From Paraglaciecola sp. (GTDB taxonomy: Bacteria; Pseudomonadota; Gammaproteobacteria; Enterobacterales; Alteromonadaceae), in the NCBI GenBank assembly GCA_034111145.1, contig JAWUXU010000019.1, positions 3,123-67,122 of the forward strand: a stretch of DNA of 64,000 nucleotides, read 5' to 3'. The notes under the pieces were generated by a model. That model did not search any database. It saw nothing but the letters and a program-made list of their open reading frames with translations, and was not told the DNA's origin. Both the position numbers and the translations under genes were made by a program. Positions 61,454 through 64,000 of the stretch are shown piece by piece. Position 1 is the stretch's first letter. Each line of letters opens with the position of its first letter.

Positions 61454-62809
61454 TTAGGCTTTCTCCGTCTCAGCGTGCGTAGCTATTATGCCCGCAGTCT
61501 GCTCATCAAGGATATGAATAATGGATTTACTGCGCCCAGCAACAATACTGTGAGTCAGCAAGAGTGGCAAAGCAGCAATAATACCTAATGCAGTGGTTAC
61601 CAATGCTAATGAAATACTGCCGGCCATCAATTTAGGGTCACCGGTTCCAAACAAAGTGATTTGTTGGAAGGTTTCAATCATACCAATAACCGTACCTAAC
61701 AAACCTAATAAAGGAGCAATAGCAGCAAATATTTTAATAATACTGATACCACTTTCAATAGTCGGTAATTCTCTCAAGATTGCTTCGTCTAACTTCAGTT
61801 CTAAACTTTCTGCATCAGCAGTCTTATTCTCAGCATAAACTTGCAAAATACGTCCAAGAGGATTACTGGTGGAAGGGCTAGAGATATTTTTAAGTTGAGA
61901 TTTCATTTTACCACCCACTATTGTGAGAGTAACAACTTTATACAAACCTATTATTAGACCGATAGACAACATAAAAGTAATTACATAACCAACTGTACCA
62001 CCGGCATGATAACGTTCTGTCATGGTCGCTTTTTCTTTCAATAAGCTAAGAATCCCACCTTTCGAGGGATCCGCATAAAATGGAATAAGACCTGAAGTAG
62101 CAGCATGAAGAGTCTGAGCAGCAGAAGTTTGGAAACCATCAGGTTGACGACCTAAAGGCCGTACCATTTTGGTTTGATCGTCGTAAACTAAGTAACCTTG
62201 TTCACCAATTAAATTGAACGTACCTACGCGGACCACTTCTTGTTGCTGAGAACCACCGTCTAGACTTATCACTTCAGTAGTGAAACGAGAGACTTGTCCT
62301 GACTCAGTCATTTCTGTTTGTAATGCAAACCAAAGATCCTCTAATTCTTTAATGTTAGGAAGGCCTTTGGCTTCTTCAGACATACGCTTTAAAAACACGC
62401 CACGTCCAGGAAACTCAGCACTAACTATTGAAGTTGAGATTTGACCATAAGCTTCAGCAGATGCTTGACGAACCACACCAAACATCTCGCCTAAAGTACC
62501 TGTAGCGGTTGTTAATTCGATCACTTTATCGGCTAAGGTTACTTCGTTATCAGAAAACTGCTTTAAAAGTCCCTCGCCACGGGATGTTTCAGATTTAAGT
62601 TCGGCTTGTGCCTTTCTTAACAGCGCTTGTTTATCAGCTCGAGCAGATTGGAACTCTGATTCACGTTGTTTATTAATCCGCGCTTCAGACACACGACTAT
62701 TCTTAACTTCTTCGAGAAGCCCTTCAAGTGTCGTCGCTGCTTGTACTGAAGAAGCCATTAATGAAATGGCCAAGGCGGCTAATATGGATTTACATATAAT
62801 TTTCATCAA
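61454..62809 (-). CDS. TtpC-like large ExbB-family protein with a periplasmic domain
   Basis: Signal peptide, coiled coil, C-terminal APLLGLLGTVIGMI...GDPKLMAG.IS.AL.TT. Confidence 0.88.
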   Translation of the reverse strand: MMKIICKSILAALAISLMASSVQAATTLEGLLEEVKNSRVSEARINKQRESEFQSARADKQALLRKAQAELKSETSRGEGLLKQFSDNEVTLADKVIELTTATGTLGEMFGVVRQASAEAYGQISTSIVSAEFPGRGVFLKRMSEEAKGLPNIKELEDLWFALQTEMTESGQVSRFTTEVISLDGGSQQQEVVRVGTFNLIGEQGYLVYDDQTKMVRPLGRQPDGFQTSAAQTLHAATSGLIPFYADPSKGGILSLLKEKATMTERYHAGGTVGYVITFMLSIGLIIGLYKVVTLTIVGGKMKSQLKNISSPSTSNPLGRILQVYAENKTADAESLELKLDEAILRELPTIESGISIIKIFAAIAPLLGLLGTVIGMIETFQQITLFGTGDPKLMAGSISLALVTTALGIIAALPLLLTHSIVAGRSKSIIHILDEQTAGIIATHAETEKA

Positions 62810-62811
62810 TA

Positions 62812-63594
62812 TTACTCCGAGACTTTGATTGGTAGTTTAAGAAGATTAGCTGGCAACCGTTTATTCGCCATGCGCACAGCTATAACAACTGGATTAATAT
62901 ATTCAGGTCCCAGTACTTCCCAAGCTCTAGCATCATTATCCCAAACCCAAGCATTTTTTTGGTCAAGTGATAAAGCCATAAGTGCAGTTCTACCTAAATT
63001 GACAAAGTCTACTGTGATTTCAGTTCCTTGGAAATCCAATGTGCCCTGATAAGGCGCCATGGATTGTCCGTACTGGTTTTCAATTTGATACGACTCGATA
63101 ACCTGACGGAACTGCTCAGAAGTCGTGACGTTTGAATTAGCCATAACATCGCGCAAACGTTCTACACGCTTTCTACGCTCGTCAAGCTTAATTGGAACAT
63201 CAAGTTCTATGAATTGTTCTAAGCTATCAATCATTCTAAACATTAATGGAACTACGCCACGTTTAACACCATCAATTCCATCTATCTGGGTTTGCAGTGA
63301 ATCTATACTACGTTGCTGATCTGCCACAAGTGTTGAAACGTAATCGTTATACACTTTCAGATTTTCCGTTTCGTCTACGACTCCGCGATATTCAATAAAT
63401 AGTTCCTGAGATTGCTCGTACAGGTTGTTTATTTTCTCTTGGGATTTCGCTGCAGCCGCATGAATTTTAGCTTCTTCTTTGTGAAGTTCATTCAGCGGAT
63501 CTGCAGAGACGACAGCACTGCTGCTAAGTGCTAAGGCACCTAAGACGGCAGAAGCAATAAGGTTTCTCTTGCTAATTTTGGACATAATTCCCAA
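62812..63594 (-). CDS. DUF3450 family protein (TtpB-like)
   Basis: Signal peptide, coiled coil, PLM..M...LE.F...D.P....ER..R, E.FR.V.E.Y.IE..YG; first gene of the TonB operon. Confidence 0.85.
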   Translation of the reverse strand: MGIMSKISKRNLIASAVLGALALSSSAVVSADPLNELHKEEAKIHAAAAKSQEKINNLYEQSQELFIEYRGVVDETENLKVYNDYVSTLVADQQRSIDSLQTQIDGIDGVKRGVVPLMFRMIDSLEQFIELDVPIKLDERRKRVERLRDVMANSNVTTSEQFRQVIESYQIENQYGQSMAPYQGTLDFQGTEITVDFVNLGRTALMALSLDQKNAWVWDNDARAWEVLGPEYINPVVIAVRMANKRLPANLLKLPIKVSE

Positions 63595-64000
63595 CCAATT
63601 TTCTTGTTTTGATTCCTCGTCGAAGGATATATCAAATCGACAAGGGGCTATTAAGCTTTGTTGTTTAAGGGGCTTAAAGATTTATTACTATAAACAATTA
63701 AGACCAATTAATATTCACATGGATGTTAGCGAATTGTCAAGAGAGTACTGTGGGTTTAAATTTACATTTAAATAAAATTAATTATTGATTTTTTCTCATG
63801 TTTACGATTTTGCCTACTTATTAGCTACCATGAAGGCTTAGTAGAAGTTTCATTTACGTTTTACCGCGATTTTCTGATAACCTAAGCTTACTGTAAATTT
63901 ATATTTTTAGGTTTTATATTCAAAATAATCCTTTTACGTCGTGACGTTGATAGATATAAACCAATTCTGTTCTTACCAACACCGTCAAAATATTATTTTT

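Noticed and set aside
63595-64000. Fur box upstream of the TonB operon
   Set aside because: AT-rich, but no convincing GATAATGATAATCATTATC match was seen.

Overview
This is an AT-rich chromosomal segment from a marine gammaproteobacterium; the protein sequences and gene order suggest Alteromonadaceae, Paraglaciecola-like (inference). Housekeeping backbone: ansA, a cspA-family gene, aroC-prmB/smrB, gshA, panE, prfB (programmed +1 frameshift)-lysS, argS, prfC, holD-like-rimI, tRNA-Trp and tmcA. It also carries a TPP-riboswitch thiamine salvage operon and a TtpC-type TonB operon. The main accessory block (about 11.2-32.1 kb) is a Wzx/Wzy exopolysaccharide locus. It is bracketed on the left by a LuxO/SypG-like sigma-54 activator and on the right by an H-NOX / histidine kinase / stand-alone receiver module. 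Three clear sigma-54 (-24/-12) promoters and one variant, plus TTGCA-N3-TGCAA-type enhancer boxes, can be read directly in the locus. This points to an NO/redox-sensing phosphorelay wired to EPS transcription. The module shows signs of erosion or repurposing: H-NOX YxSxR changed to YxSxG, kinase G1-box Asp changed to Tyr, a deletion scar of a GT2 gene, and a 13-bp duplication. Other oddities are a (CAA)12 microsatellite, a homopolymer frameshift in an MFS gene, a decayed MITE-like element, a GTAG-type REP, an XRE pseudogene module and an orphan MSHA-type pilin with a palindromic operator.
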